Of a DNA stretch of 64,000 nucleotides, positions 46,277-60,478 are shown piece after piece. The stretch is from Macrostomum lignano (taxonomy: Eukaryota): positions 186,001-250,000 of the forward strand of contig NIVC01001391.1 in assembly GCA_002269645.1 (NCBI GenBank), in the 5' to 3' direction. A model generated the notes under the pieces. The model was not told where the DNA came from, ran no database searches, and saw only the letters and a program-made list of their open reading frames with translations. Every line of letters begins with the position of its first letter. Positions within the stretch are counted from its first letter, which is position 1. The translations under genes were made by a program, and so were the position numbers.

Positions 46277-47032
46277 TGTGTCCACCTCTCCCAGTTCCAA
46301 GATTTAAAGCCTCTTGCTCAGATCTCGGATTAACGGCCCAAACGCCTCACAGCGGCAATATACTTGCTATGCTCGCGTACCTCTACTTATCAGTAGTCTG
46401 CAGCATTGTTTTTTGTCAACTTTGATTATCGAGGCAATAAATTTTTGCGTCAATTTTCTTGAGCTCGCCTCGGTTGCCGTCTACACAGCAAAGAGGCTGC
46501 ATTAATTTATTTGATGAAGCTTGGTTTGGCGCAGGCGCCAACTCAAATCTGTGTTTATTTTCTGATTCTGCCACGGGTTCGGGATCTGGTCTGTGGATCT
46601 GATGCAGTATTTCCCCGCTCGACAGTTACATGTACTGCCCACGTACAACCAGGCTGTGCCAGTTCTCTATACTATGCGTAAATTATACACCATGTACTTT
46701 ATAGCGAGTCCTCGGCCATTGCGACTTTTACATTCCCGTATTATTCTCTCTGTTTAATTACGGACAGCTGCCAGTGTTGCACCGTCATAGCTTTATGTAT
46801 ATAAATAAGTAAATGCCCATTGCTGAACTGTTATTTTGGCACCAATTTGATTTACTAATCTTCATAAACTTCTGTATTTTTTCTTCACTAAAGTTGTTTC
46901 CGTGATTTTGTGCTGGCCTGTTATGGAAATTTAGTATTTTTATTAATATATTCGATTTTCTTGCTTCATGGCTGCGTCTGTCCGAGCTGCTCCTCACCCG
47001 CACTGCATGCCGCTTCTGCACTTGCCGCGTCC

Positions 47033-47480
47033 AGCTTCCCAATCCCCTCTCCAGCTTCCCACTCCCCAGCTTCCCACTCCCCAGCATCCCACTCCCCAGC
47101 TTCCCACTCCCCAGCTTCCCACTCCCCAGCTTCCCAATCCCCAGCTTCCCACTCCCCAGCTTCCCAATCCCCAGCTTCCCACTCCCCAGCTTCCCACTCC
47201 CCAGCTTCCCACTCCCCAGCTTCCCAATCCCATCTCCAGCTTCCTACTCCCCAGCTTCCCAATCCCCTCTCCAGCTTCCCACTCCCCAGCTTCCCACTCC
47301 CCAGCTTCCCAATCCCATCTCCAGCTTCCTACTCCCCAGCTTCCCAATCCCCTCTCCAGCTTCCCACTCCCCAGCTTCCCACTCCCCAGCTTCCCACTCC
47401 CCAGCTTCCCACTCCCCAGCTTCCCACTCCCCAGCTTCCCACTCCCCAGCTTCCCACTCCCCAGCTTCCCATTCCCCATC
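47033..47480. repeat. 15-bp C-rich array (CCCCAGCTTCCCACT)
   Basis: Seen directly; the G-rich complementary strand has G-quadruplex potential. Confidence 0.93.
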
Positions 47481-49979
47481 TCCCATCTTCCCACACTACT
47501 CCCCAGCTTCCCTCTCCCCATCTTCTCACACCACACCCCAGCTTTCCACCTATAATCTTCCCACTCCACTTCTCATCTTCCCATTCTACTCCCCACCTTT
47601 TGACTCCTTTCCATTCCACTCCCCACCTTCCCACTCCACTCCTCATTTTCCCAGTCCTCATCTTTCCACTCTACTCTCCAGCTTCTCACTCTCCATCTTC
47701 CCATTTCCTATTCTTCCAACTTCCCAAATCCTCAGTTTCCTTATCCTGCATCCCCCAGCTCCATCAGTGCACCGGAGCAGCTCGATGTGCAGGCAGATTC
47801 TGTACGCTAGCAGTGGTTCAAATTTTGAGATTTCCTTTGAGATGCCTTCGCAAAAAAATCAGCTCTAAAAGCTTTTTTGTGCCTTTGAGTTTTGTTTATT
47901 TGTCAAACTGTGGCTAACTGTGGGATGGGAGCAGGATTAGTTAGCTAAGCTTCATATTTAGGCACTGCAGCCGGAGTAGCCACTGAGAATTCTCATCCTC
48001 ATCGAATATTCTCAGCTCAGCTTCAACTCGAGTCAGGCGCGTTAACCGCTGAGCTACTCTGAGAAAATCGAATTTTGATTGACAGGCTGGTCTGGGCGCT
48101 GTTGGCGAAATGCGTTGTTGCATTTTCCCACGGAGCTTTTAGCTCGTATTTCCTGTCAGATAAAACCGAGGCACGATTCTGTTTGCATCTCATTTCTGGC
48201 TGGCTGGGTAGGCGGGCCTCTCATCCTCTCGCTTCTCAGCTTCTCAGCGATGCTTTTGTCACTCAGTTTTCGCGCTGGCAGTCCGCTGCCTCTCCGGCAA
48301 ACAATGCGCCGGGCCGTCTCGGCAGGCTGAGTGCCGTGGGCGACAAAAGAAGAAATTCATGCAGCCTCCAACTCAAACAGGCTGACTGGAGCTGCTGCCC
48401 CCCCCCCGTGAACTCAGCAAACAATGCGGGAGCAGCAATTGTCCCAAGCAGGCTGGGGCGGGCGCTGCTGCTGCTGCGGGAGGAAATTTCCCGATCGATA
48501 AAATGCTGCAAAAACTTGCGGAAGAGATGGAGGGGATGCGGATTATGCTGGGAATGAGTTGCTGTCGTCTCTTCTCTCCTGCCCCAGCTGTTTTGCCGCT
48601 GTCGTCACTGGCAACGGATAAACAAACGGGGCGGGCCGTACAGGCCGGGAGAGGCGGTACAGCCTGGGCCGCTGTCTCAGCTCCCCGGGCTTGGGCGCTC
48701 GCATCCTTGTTGGCATGGAAACCAGGCGGGAAACTGGGACGAAAGGCTTTTAGAGTCGCTGCATTCTGGCAGAAATTTCGCGGCTCGCGTCCCTGCCGCC
48801 CCCCCCCCCTCCCCCCAGCGGGTGGAGAGGCTGCAGCTGGGGTGGCGGGGAAAACAAAGGCTGGGGCAGCATTTAACCGGGAGCCCGCGAGCCCGCTGGG
48901 AGGCCGGCGGAGGGCGGCAGCGCGGGAGAGCCAGGCGGAGCCGCAGCCGGTTTGGCGGCCCCTCCGCCCGTGGAGCAGCTCGCGGCCAGCTGGAGAGGGT
49001 GAGTTCGACTGCTTGCTTTGTTGCTTCATCTCCCCCCGATCCCGAGCTTCAAGCTTCGAAACTGTCGGCTATAGGCTCTTGAGTCCTGAACTTCCGATTG
49101 AGCTTTACTTCCACCTCTCTTGATGGCAGCGATGTTCTTAATCTTCCTTGCTCATCTTGAGATATGGTTCTCGCCATACCCCGGTACGGTTCTCTGCTCA
49201 TCCGGTGCACCTTGAGCTGTAGCAAAACTTTCGCCACTTTTTGCCAGCCTTGCTTACCATAGAGAAAAGCTATACGTTTGTTTGGCAAACATATCATGTT
49301 GGATTAAATTCATGCGTGTAAGCCTAAATGGGCTGCAAAAAGCTGTACTTTTATAATATACAAGCTACACCCATTAGTGTTGTGTTGTAGTTAAAATTCA
49401 TGTAGCACTGAGTGGGGATTTGCCACAGACAGTAGCTATCGGCGGGGCGGGCGAACAGAGTTCACGAACCGGCCGTCCAATAGTCTTTCGGCCATAGACA
49501 TTTTCACTGTAGATCACTGTACAGTGATCTTATGTATCTGTACTTGTCCTCCGAGGTTCTCTGGTTCAGAATGCGGATGTCGATTTTCTCTGAAATTTCA
49601 GGTCGCCAGCTGCGCTGCGACGGCCCCCGGCTGAACGACACGAGGCCCCAGCGGTCCACAAAGCTGCTTTACCGTTTTCTATGCGGCCTGCCTGTGGCTG
49701 TTTTACTTGTATTTACCTGCTAATGCGCCTTGACTGTTACTTTTAATGCGACAGCTTATGTTGTTGTTAATGTTTTCTTTTTTCTCGCACCGCGCATACG
49801 TACTGAGGAGTATTAGTAGTATGTGGAGTAACATACCGTATTTTTGCTCACCATTGCAAATGACAAAATATTTAAGTTCAGCATAGAAATGACGGTTTGT
49901 AATCCATTTGAATTATTGCCACTCCGCGCTGGTCTGAAGAACCGAGCCTAATCGCCTGTCCTGCTCTCAACCATTTCAG

Positions 49980-52900
49980 AGACGACCACGACGTCAACAA
50001 CAACCACAACAACCACAACAACTACAACACCGACAACAACCACAACAACTACAACACCGACAACAACCACAACACCGACAACAACCACAACACCGACAAC
50101 AACCACAACACCGACAACAACCACAACACCGACAACAACCACAACACCGACAACAGAATATGGCACATTGACAACAGTAACAACAACAACAACAGACACC
50201 AGCACAACAATAGACACCACAATAGTCACAACAACGCCAAACACTACTACAGTAGAGTTTAACACAGAAACTCTGAGCCACACAACAACAGACGCAACAG
50301 CAGGCACAACAACAGACACAACAGCAGGCACAACAACAGACGCAACAACAGGCACAACCACCATCACGCAGACGACCACGTTCGTGCCGCTGACAACTTC
50401 CGAGTCTGCAACCGGTGCTACTACCAGTACTACAGCTAGCATAAGCTCGACAGCGACTTCCATTCCTTTGACCTCTTCCGCAGATACCACCACAGTCAGC
50501 ACGGTGCCGCCGACCACCACTCCGTACATCCCGAAGCGAGCGTTCCCGCCAGTCAGGGAGAATCGCTACCGTGAGTGCTGAACCTGATTCTGTGGCCTTT
50601 ACAACTTCTATTTCAAACTAGCTATCAAATGGTCGACGAAATTGAGAATTTGCTCTTTATGAATCTGAAATTGGTATTAACTAATTAATAACCCAGCGTC
50701 AGTGACTAAATATAAGTTACTATGCAAGCAGGGGTTGTAGCTTAATGGTTAGAGCGTCGGAATCACGACTGAAAGGTCGTGGCTTCGATTCTCGACCTGG
50801 TCGGAACAGGACAAGACACTTAACTCTGCATTGCAGGTTGCACATCTGCCATTAGGGCAGGTGTCTCCAGGTGTAAACTGGTTACGGGTCTCCGATATGA
50901 CGAATTTGAAATCACAGCCCATTCCCATGCACAAACGCATTTCAGGCATCAATTACTGGGCAACTTGCAACCACTACTGGCAGTTCAACAGCGACAAGAA
51001 GTTTTACGACAACGGCGCCTCAAATACCTTCGTTCGCGAGCAGGTTAAAAAGAGGCGGAAGTCCTTCAATGACAAATGCAATAACTCAATGACTGGCACG
51101 GCCTCAGGACTTGACACCAGCTGCTGCGTTGACTGCCCGGACGAAGACCTGACCGTGAACGTGCCCGGCTTCACCGAAGCTGACAACATCACTAACGCCC
51201 TCAACGGCGAGCTGTCATTCAAAGTGAGCCTGGAAACCGGCCTGGACGCCTCCGACAGCAAGGCGGTGAAGTGCGTCGGAACCAGCGACACCTGCATCAC
51301 TCTGGGCAAGCTCGTCAATGACGCGCCGTACGGCCGCGCCTGCCTGCAGGAGCCGGAGAAATGCGACTATGGCCTGAGCGCCTCCGTTTGGGTGAACTTC
51401 ACCTACGATACAGTGCTGAAGGAGGTCCTGCTGTCCACGCGTGAGCTCATAACTGGCCTTACTTCATGACTGGAACGGAGTATGTACATGCCTGACAATG
51501 AGAATGGCATGAGTGTGTACATGCCTGACAATGAGAATGGCATGAGTGTGTACATGTCTGACAATGAGAATGGCATGAGTGTGTACATGTCTGACAATGG
51601 GAATGGCATGAGTGTGTACATGTCTGACAATGAGAATGGCATGAGTGTGTACATGTCTGACAATGGGAATGGCATGAGTGTGTACATGTCTGACAATGAG
51701 AAAGGTCCTGGAGCTCTGATCACAGTTCTAAGCATTATTCGCGCCCCACCGCAGTGTCTGACAGCGGCCAGGGCTTCCAGTTCTATGTCGAGCTCGGCAA
51801 GCTGACAGTCCTGGTGGTCGGCGCCAAGGGCCGCTGGATCGCCAGTGTCGACAATTTCGACATGAAAGTCTTTAAATGGCGCCTCCTCGGCTTCACCTGG
51901 GAGAGATCCACCGGCATCATTCAGGTGAGATTCTGTGCCTGCATTGTGCAAAATTCTGTGATTTTCGAACGCAAAAATCTAGCGACATCATCTGCCCTCA
52001 ATCATTTCAGATCTACATCGACAGCGATGTCAGAACATTCTACTATTCAGCGACCTACTCAGAGCCCAACGCGCAGGGCCCCGCGGCCACGGACATTGTG
52101 ATGGGCTGCGAGCTGACCCCGACCGGCAGCAAGAGCTTCTTGAAGGCCATCGTCATCCACCCGGCCATCTGGCTGTGGCCAATCCAGCAGGAGAATCTCA
52201 TCCTGCTGACCGGAGCTCTCGGTGAGCTGATGTAGAGACTAGATCCGCAGAGACTAGATCCACAGAGACTAGATCCGCAGAGACTAGATCCGTAGATACT
52301 AGATCCGCAGAGACTAGATCCATAGAGACTAGATCCGCAGAGACTAGATCCGCAGAGATTAGATCCACAGAGACTAGATCCGCAGAAACTAGATCCGCAG
52401 AGACTAGATCCGCAGACACTAGATCCGCAGAAACTAGATCCGCAGAGACTAGATCCGCAGAGACTAGATCCATAGAGACTAGATCCGCAGAGACTAGATC
52501 CGTAGATACTAGATCCGCAGAGACTAGATCCATAGAGACTAGATCCGCAGAGACTAGATCCGCATAGATTAGATCCACAGAGACTAGATCCGCAGAAACT
52601 AGATCCGCAGAGACTAGATCCGCAGAAACTAGATCCGCAGAAACTAGATCCGCAGAGACTAGATCCGCAGAGACTAGATCCATAGAGACTAGATCCGCAG
52701 AGACTAGATCCGCAGAGATTAGATCCACAGAGACTAGATCCGCAGACACTAGATTCGCAGAGACTAGATCCGCAGAGACTAGATCCGCAGAGACTAGATC
52801 CGTAGAGACTAGATCTACAGAGACTAGATCCGGAGAGAGACTAGATCCGCAGAGACTAGATCCGCAGAGACTAGATCCGTAGAGACTAGATCCGCAGAGA

Positions 52901-55900
52901 CTAGATCCGCAGAAACTAGATCCGTAGAGACTAGATCTACAGAGACTAGATCCGGAGAGAGACTAGATCCGCAGAGACTAGATCCGCAGAGATCAGATCC
53001 GTAGAGACTAGATCCGCAGAGACTAGATCCGCAGAGACCAGATCCGTAGAGACTAGATCCGCAGAGACTAGATCCGCAGAGACCAGATCCGTAGAGACTA
53101 GATCCGCAGAGACTAGATCCGCAGAGACTAGATCCGCAAGGATAATACGCATCGCCACCCCCGCCGCCTCCGCCACCAGTGTACAAGCTGATCAAGTACC
53201 AGGCCCCGGCCACGACCGCCGTGCCGACCACCGCGCCGACGCCGGCCTTCCCCTACTCCAGCATCCTCAAGGAGGCCCGGCTGGACGCCGGCGACCCGAA
53301 CCCGTTCTACGCCATGGCCGACTACTACCTGAGAGGCTACGATCTCCAAGGCAACGTGTCCGCAGCAGTCAACAACATCACCGTGACGGAGGAGAACAGC
53401 CGCAACAGCACGGGACTCGCGCACTTCAAATTCACCAGCACGCCGGCCATGTTCACAATCAGCGGCTTCGACACCGTGTGCCTCGGCAACAACGCCAGCT
53501 GCACGAATGGCGGCATCTCGATGTCCATGTGGATCGGGCCGTTCCAGCAGCTGCCGACCATCATCATGGAGGTGATTCGATTCAACGTCATCTCCGTGAC
53601 GGTGTGCAACAGCAGCAGCGGCGACGTGACCCTGCGCGTTCAGGCGGGCGCTCGGCAGATCACCGCGCGCATCAAGTTCAAGCAGTGGACAAACATCGGC
53701 ATCGTGTACGACACGCGCGGCTCTATCCCGGTGCTGACTGGCTACGTGAACGGCATCAACGTCGGCAGCACGACAGAGTTCACCGGCAGCCCGCTTGATA
53801 CTCACCTGGGAAAGGTGACTCTGGGCTCGAGCACCGCTCCGATCGGCGTCCTGTTCAACGACCTGGCCGTCTGGTACCACCCGCTAGAAGACTTTGAGGC
53901 GCACAGGTTCCTTGGCTACACCCGTGACCAGCTCAGGCACATCCGGGAGTCCACCTTCTACTGGACCACCGACGAATTCGTGCTGGCGGACGGCATCGCC
54001 TTGAACGGGCCGTCGAACTACCGCCTGAAGTCGCAGTACCGCCTGAACTCGGCCGGCATCATCGGCAGCGCCATCAAGTTCGAGCCGGACCGCTACAACA
54101 AGTCAATGGCCACCAGGCTGGACGGAAACTGGCACGGCCAGATCTTCCTGGGCAACGAGTTCGCCAAGACCCCCACGGAGAAGAGCATCATGTGGTACGG
54201 AGAATGCATCACGGATCCCTACCAGCGCCAGTGCCAGATCAGCGGCCTGTCCATGCACATGTGGATCAACATCAAGTCGATTGACCCAATCAAAAAGCAG
54301 TTCTTCTTCTCGTCCGGAGATCTCGGCGATGCCCGGTCGTCCACGCTGGATTCGCGCGGGATCAGCCTGTTCACCACCGGGAACCTGCTCGGAGTTTCTC
54401 TCTCCACCGACAGAAACGACTGGGCCATCGTGATTGACAGCAACAGGTACGACCTCAACGAGTGGTTCAACATCGGTTTCACCTGGCGCGAGCAGGAGGG
54501 CATGCGGCTCTTCCTCAACGGAACCGACTACGGAATCAAGAACCTGCACCCCGACGTGAGCTACAAGGCGTACGACAAGCACACCCGGGCGGTGATCGGC
54601 AGGTTTGACGACGATCAGAACAGCACCTGGAAGTCCAACTCGGAGTGGGTGATGGGAAATTTCGCCTTCAGCGACGTTGTGTTCTACGACAAGTGGATGA
54701 GTCCGGAGGAGTTCGCCCGGTCGGTGGGCAGCATCAATAACAGGTACTACGCTTCCGCCGACCTGTTGGTCTACGGCGAAGACGTCATCGACACGGACTT
54801 CCCGCTGATGAAGCAGGCGTGGCTGTACGGAGTTCCCATCGGGCCGAACGGCTTCGTCAGCAGCTACTCGGGCTACGCCATGATCAACACCAACGGCGAG
54901 GTCGGAGTGAAGGCCTACAAGGCTAACGAGTGTCCGCGAAGCCTCAGCGACTGCAAATTCCAGGTGCTGCTCAGCACTTGGATCCAAGTGCGCAGCAAGG
55001 CCAACGACACGTCCTTCACTGTGCTGTCACTGGGCAGCGAGAGCGACAGTAAGGAGGGCTTCGGCCTGAGCATCGCCAGCGACAATACTCTACGCGCCTG
55101 GGTCAAGCGGTCCGGCCAGAGCTACAAAATGGTCACGAAGTCGGGCGTAAAGGTGCGCTTGAACCGCTGGCTGAACCTGGGCCTGCTGCTGAACAAGAAC
55201 ACCTTCTACCCGACCATCTTTCTGAATGGCACAAACGTGAGCATGAGCTTGGAGTACACCAGCGTGAACCCAGCAGTGTCTGACAACACCGCTCCCGGAA
55301 CCCTGAAGCTGGGCGCGAATAACGCTGAAGCGACCTCGTCGGGCTCCTTCCTGGCTTACATAGTGAGCGGCTGGTACGGCGCCACGGTGCTGAAGAACCA
55401 CATGAACCAGATGCTGGGCATCCAATCCAGCCAGTACGAGCTCATTGGCATGTCCGATGAATTCTGGACCGTCTCCGGCCTGTGGAACTCGCTGCAGCCG
55501 CGACCATTGCAGGGCGTCAACGTGCAGTTGGACAATGACAAGTACGACATGGAGAGCGGCGCGATGTGCACCACCGGCTCGGGCGGCTCCTACATCTCTT
55601 TGGGTGACCTGCAAGACTCCTGCCTGCAGAACACTGCTCCCTGCAAAGCCTACATTCTGACCATTAACTTTAAGCCAAGGATGCCGACAACACCAGGCAG
55701 GAAGTACGTGTTCAGCTCTGGCGGGCAAAACGCTGGCCACCTCGGCACAGCGATCTCCATTAGCAGCGAGGGCTTCCTCATCGCCACTGTCCGCAGTGCA
55801 AACAAGACCTGCGAGGCGATGGTCCCGTTCAACTACACAGAATGGATCCAGCTCCAGGTGCGATGGTACAGCGAGGCGGCCATCGCGATCAAGGTGAATG

Positions 55901-58900
55901 AGGAGACCATCTCCAGTCGGGTGGGCGCCAACTCCACCTGCTGGCAGGAGTGGAACGACAATGCCACCTTTTCCGACGGACAACTCGGCAAGGTGAACAA
56001 CAACGTCACAAACGCTCTCTCCGCCTGCTTCAGTGAAGTCATGTTCATGTACCAGTTGCTGGGCAGCTCCGGCTCTCTAGACTTGAACGTCGGCCCGGCG
56101 AACTGCTACGAGCAGCAGACGGTGCATGTCCCGCTGTACTCAGCCGGACAGACCAACTACGCCAACAAGCCGAACCAAAGTCGGCTCTTCAGCCAGAAGG
56201 AAAGCGTCGACATCGGCACGGACGCGTGCTTCTTCACCGCCGCCGGCTGCCCGGAGGGCGTTGTGCTCTCCTTCTGGCTCAAGGTGGCGAGCGGTCTGAG
56301 CGTCAACACCGAAGTCGAGGTGTTCAACACCGGCTTCGATGCCGCGCAGGGCGTGCAGGTTAAAATCATGAAGGACGACAACAAAGGTTTCATCATTGTG
56401 GCAGATGCCAACCTCAATGGCAAGTCCCGCCGCGTCGAGGGCAGCAAGCACCATGACCAAGTCGCATTCGACACGTGGGTGAATGTCGCGATCAGCGTGG
56501 GCTCCGACGCCATCGAGCTGTACCAGAACGGCATTCGCGTCAGGGCTGCGACCAAGTTCAGCGCCCGCGACCTGCCCCTCCCGACTGGCTCCACAGTCAG
56601 CTTTGGCAGCCCGTCGGTCCAGATTGTGGCGAGCGATCTGGTGATCTGGAACGAGTCGCCGCTGAACTGTCTGGACCCGAACAAAAACAGGAAGCTGATC
56701 ACCGGCGACTGCTCAACGCCGACAGCCACACTGGAGGCCAGCTGCATGCCCGAAAACGCCAGCTCCTGCATGTCGGCCATCGAGAACAACATGTGCCTGG
56801 ACCCGCGCTTCGACAACGTCGCCGTCATTGACCTGAGCGGCCAGCTGTTCTCTAGCTTGACTGAGACCGAAACAGCCTGCGGAGTGATCTACAACACGGC
56901 TAAGACCAAAGGCGTGTCCCAGGGATTCATCCAGTCTTCGCTCAACATCCTGACCCGCGTCTGCGACAACCTGGTCATTCCCAGCACGGTGGACAACGAC
57001 ACCTTGTTGGCTACGGTCAAGGAGTTCAGCCGCGCGTTCAGCGCCGTCCTGGACCCCAAATTCACCGACAGCTACCGCGGCCTGGTGGACAAGGGCGCAA
57101 TCAACCCGGCGACGATCTTCGCTTCCATTGAAAATTTCGCCATACGGCTAGCTGGCAACGTGAAAACCGATTGCTCGCCCGTGTTGCTGACGGAGGGCGG
57201 GATGCACTGGAGCACGCAGAAGATCGGGCCCGGCTGCTCAGGCAAGGAGAACAACCGGATCGGCTACTACGACAAGACGCACAAAAACTGGAAGAAGACC
57301 AAGGACGCGGTGCACATCCCGAACTTCCTGGCTTCATCGTCGGTCTCCGACTTCCTGATGGTCTGCGTCGTTTACGACGGCGTTGAAAATTTGCTCTCGT
57401 ACTCGGCTACCAACGAAACGACCTACTCGAACATCGTCAACAGCACCATCGAGCTGAAGGTGAACAGCCGCGTCATGTCTCTATGGCTCAGCCTGCCGGT
57501 GTCGCCCAAGCCGGTGAACTTCACCCTCATGCTGCTGGACCCGAACCTCAAGAAGAAGGAGGGCACCTTGAAGTACGAGACACGCTGCGCCTTCTGGCAC
57601 CCGACTGAGAACAAGTGGTCCACCGAGGGCTGCTACAAGGACTCCGAGGACGAGGACTCGGTGAATTGTCGCTGCGACCACATGACCAGCTTCGCCATCC
57701 TCATGCAGCCCGTGCCGCAGGCTGAGGACAACATCCACGCCAGGATCCTCAGCATCCTGACCTACATCCTCATCATCTTGTCGCTCATCTGCCTGCTCAT
57801 CTTCATCATTGTGATTGCCTGCAGTAAGAGGCTGCGCGGCGAGCGCTACATCATCCATCTGAACCTGGCGGGCGCCCTGTTCGTGGCCCAGCTGGCCTTC
57901 CTGTTCACGCAGATCGCGCGCGACAACGCGGACTTCTGCAAGGCGATCGCCATCATCATGCACCTGTTCTTCGTGGCCACCTTCGCCATGCTGTTCATCG
58001 AGTCGCTCTGGGTGTTCTACGCCGTCACCAAGGGCATCATCCGCGGCCGCCTAAAGTGGTGGCTGCCCGTGGCCTGGCTCATTCCCGTGGTCATCGTCGG
58101 CATCGTCGGAGGCATCAACAGCGGCGCCTACGGCGGCCCCCACTGCTGGATCACCGGCGTCTACATCTGGGCCTTCCTGGGCCCGCTCGTGGCCTTCGGC
58201 TGCCTGTCGCTGCTCGTCTGCCTGATCGTGGTCTGCAACCTGAGCGAGCCGGCCATCAAGCGGAAAGATATCCTGAACGACCTGCGCAATCACACGCACC
58301 AGTGCGCCTTCCTCATCCCGCTGATGATCATCGCCTGGCTGTTCGGCATCCTGCTGGTGCAGTGGTACAACATCCCCATAGAGTACTTCTTCGTCATCTT
58401 CAACGCCTCCCAGGGCATCTGGGTGTTCGTCTGCTTCGGCCTGTTCAACCCGGACTTCAGGGAGGTCATCTGCCTGCGCCGCAGCCGCTCCAGCGTGGCC
58501 TCGTCCTCTGTCAGCATCACCGGAGTTCAGGACATCGTAAGCGCCATCATACCACTCTAGCCACTAGAGCATTTAGCTTCAAAGAGACTCCAGTGACAAC
58601 CTCTCACAGTCAGATTAGTACATGTACTTGAGTTCACTAACTAAAATAACTAAATTTCTGCCCGCAACGCCCACCTGCAGAACTCCAGCAAGACCAGCTT
58701 CGAGACCGGCAGCCAGGTGGCCATCGTGCCCAAGAGCGCCTCCTCGCCGAAGCAGAAGGGGAAGAAGCCGCAAGAGCAGCAGCAGCAGCAGCCCAGCGCC
58801 CCGGTCTATTACTCCGGCAAGCCGAAGAAGCAGCAGCGGGACTCGGACGATGAAGAAGAGACCTCGAACAGCCGCGCCCGCCTGCAGGCCGGCTCCGCCC

Positions 58901-59004
58901 GCTCCCTGCGCAGCAGCAGCGCCAACCTGGGCGTGGAGACGGAGGCGGACAGGCCGGGCACGCCGCGGACTGAGAAGTTCACGCCGCCTGGCACCGTGGA
59001 GTGA
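49980..59004 (+). CDS. Adhesion GPCR, ADGRD/GPR133-like (Thr-rich mucin stalk, ~6 LamG/pentraxin-like repeats, GAIN-GPS, 7TM), >2380 aa; exons 49980-50570, 50946-51440, 51755-51924, 52011-52221, 53180-58536, 58681-59004; signal-peptide exon not found
   Basis: GPS CAFW...WSTEGC...CRCDHM|TSFAILMQPV; secretin-class 7TM (RYIIHLNL; FCKAIAIIMHLFFVATFAMLFIESL; GWPxP-like AWLIPVVIV; NASQG); repeated C-x(7-10)-C-x-G-x-S-x-S-x-W motif; all splice phases consistent. Confidence 0.92.
50731..50885 (+). mobile_element. tRNA-derived SINE in an intron of the adhesion GPCR
   Basis: A-box TAGCTTAATGG and B-box GCTTCGATTCT, followed by GACAAGACACTTAACTC and CCAGGTGTAAACTGGTTAC, which resemble central-domain motifs of invertebrate SINEs as I recall them; the anticodon arm is non-canonical. 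Confidence 0.7.
51480..51700. repeat. 33-bp array (ATGAGTGTGTACATGTCTGACAATGAGAATGGC), intronic
   Basis: Seen directly. Confidence 0.93.
52233..53137. repeat. 15-bp array (AGAGACTAGATCCGC), ~60 copies, filling intron 52222-53179
   Basis: Seen directly. Confidence 0.96.
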
Positions 59005-59749
59005 GCAGCTTGAGCACCGAACTCGGCCGGGATTGGGGGGCTGGCTGGCTTGAAATATCGAACAGAAACTCATCAAGGATGTTGTTTGTTTATTGAAAAT
59101 CGATCGCACAATAGCCGAGTTGGTTTTAATTTTGAGCAGCCGCCAATCCCGGTCAATAAAGACCGACAAACATGAACTCTGTTTCTCTGTGTGACTCGCT
59201 GTGTCCCTGCTGTCATTAAATCTCTGACTGATCCGTGTTTTTTCTCTGGCATTCATTTTGTTACAAAGTGAATTTTCGCTTATTTTTCAAACCAGTTATA
59301 CAATATTAATAATAAATGTTCCCGTCTCTCTCTCTCGCGCCTCTGTCTGCTTTTTGTTCCTACTTTGTGAGCCTCGCAAAGTAACAAACCGTTTGCGCAT
59401 GGGAATTTATTTTTACTGCTTGCACCTTTTCACCTGTCAATTAGATGTGCGAAACCCCCACTTCTATCCGAGACCCTGAGAAATTTACTAATCAACTTTT
59501 TTTTCTTATTTTTGTTCGTCAAAACTTTCTGAAATCACCGATGCGATCGTAAAACACATTATCCTGCCCCCAATGCGAGCCTCGTCTGTGTGAAAGTGTC
59601 CTAAAGAATAAAAAATTTATATTTCAAAAATATACATATATAATATTCCACTGATACATTAGATTGACAACCTATGTTTCTACAAATAAAAATATGTATT
59701 TTTTAGTTTATGATTTGCTCATGCTTTCCGAAACGAATATCTCATTCCC

Positions 59750-60478
59750 CCTGTCTCCTTCTCACCCTGTCTCCTTCTCACCCTGTCTCCTTCTCACCCT
59801 GTCTCCTTCTCACCGTGTCTCCTTCTCACCGTGTCTCCTTCTCATCTTGTCTCCTTCTCACCGTGTCTCCTTCTCACCGTGTCTCCTTCTCACCCTGTCT
59901 CCTTCTCACCCTGTCTCCTTCTCACCCTGTCTCCTTCTCACCCTGTCTCCTTTCTCACCGTGTCTCCTTCTCATTTTGTCTCCTTCTCACCCTGTCTCCT
60001 TCTCACCCTGTCTCCTTCTCACCGTGTCTCCTTCTCACCCTGTCTCCTTTCCCACCCTGTCTCCTTCTCACCCTGTCTCCTTCTCACCCTGTCTCCTTTC
60101 TCACCGTGTCTCCTTCTCATTTTGTCTCCTCACCGTGTCTCCTTCTCACCCTGTCTCCTTTCTCACCCTGTCTCCTTCTCATCTTGTCTCCTTCTCACCG
60201 TGTCTCCTTTCCCACCCTGTCTCCTTTCTCACCGTGTCTCCTTCTCATCTTGTCTCCTTCTCACCGTGTCTCCTTCTCACCGTGTCTCCTTCTCACCCTG
60301 TCTCCTTTCCCACCCTGTCTCCTTCTCACCCTGTCTCCTTCTCACCCTGTCTTCTTTCTCACCGTGTCTCCTTCTCATTTTGTCTCCTTCTCACCGTGTC
60401 TCCTTCTCACCCTGTCTCCTTCTCACCCTGTCTCCTTTCTCACCCTGTCTCCTTCTCACCCTGTCTCTTTCTTACTAC
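59750..60478 (+). repeat. 16-bp pyrimidine array (CCCTGTCTCCTTCTCA)
   Basis: Seen directly. Confidence 0.95.

Noticed and set aside
50731-50805. Functional tRNA gene
   Set aside because: The anticodon arm does not form a 5-bp stem with a 7-nt loop, and the sequence continues into SINE-like body sequence.
53141-53145. Apparent in-frame TAA suggesting the adhesion GPCR is a pseudogene
   Set aside because: A better phase-1 acceptor (C-rich tract plus CAG at 53179) lies downstream of the stop and restores the frame.
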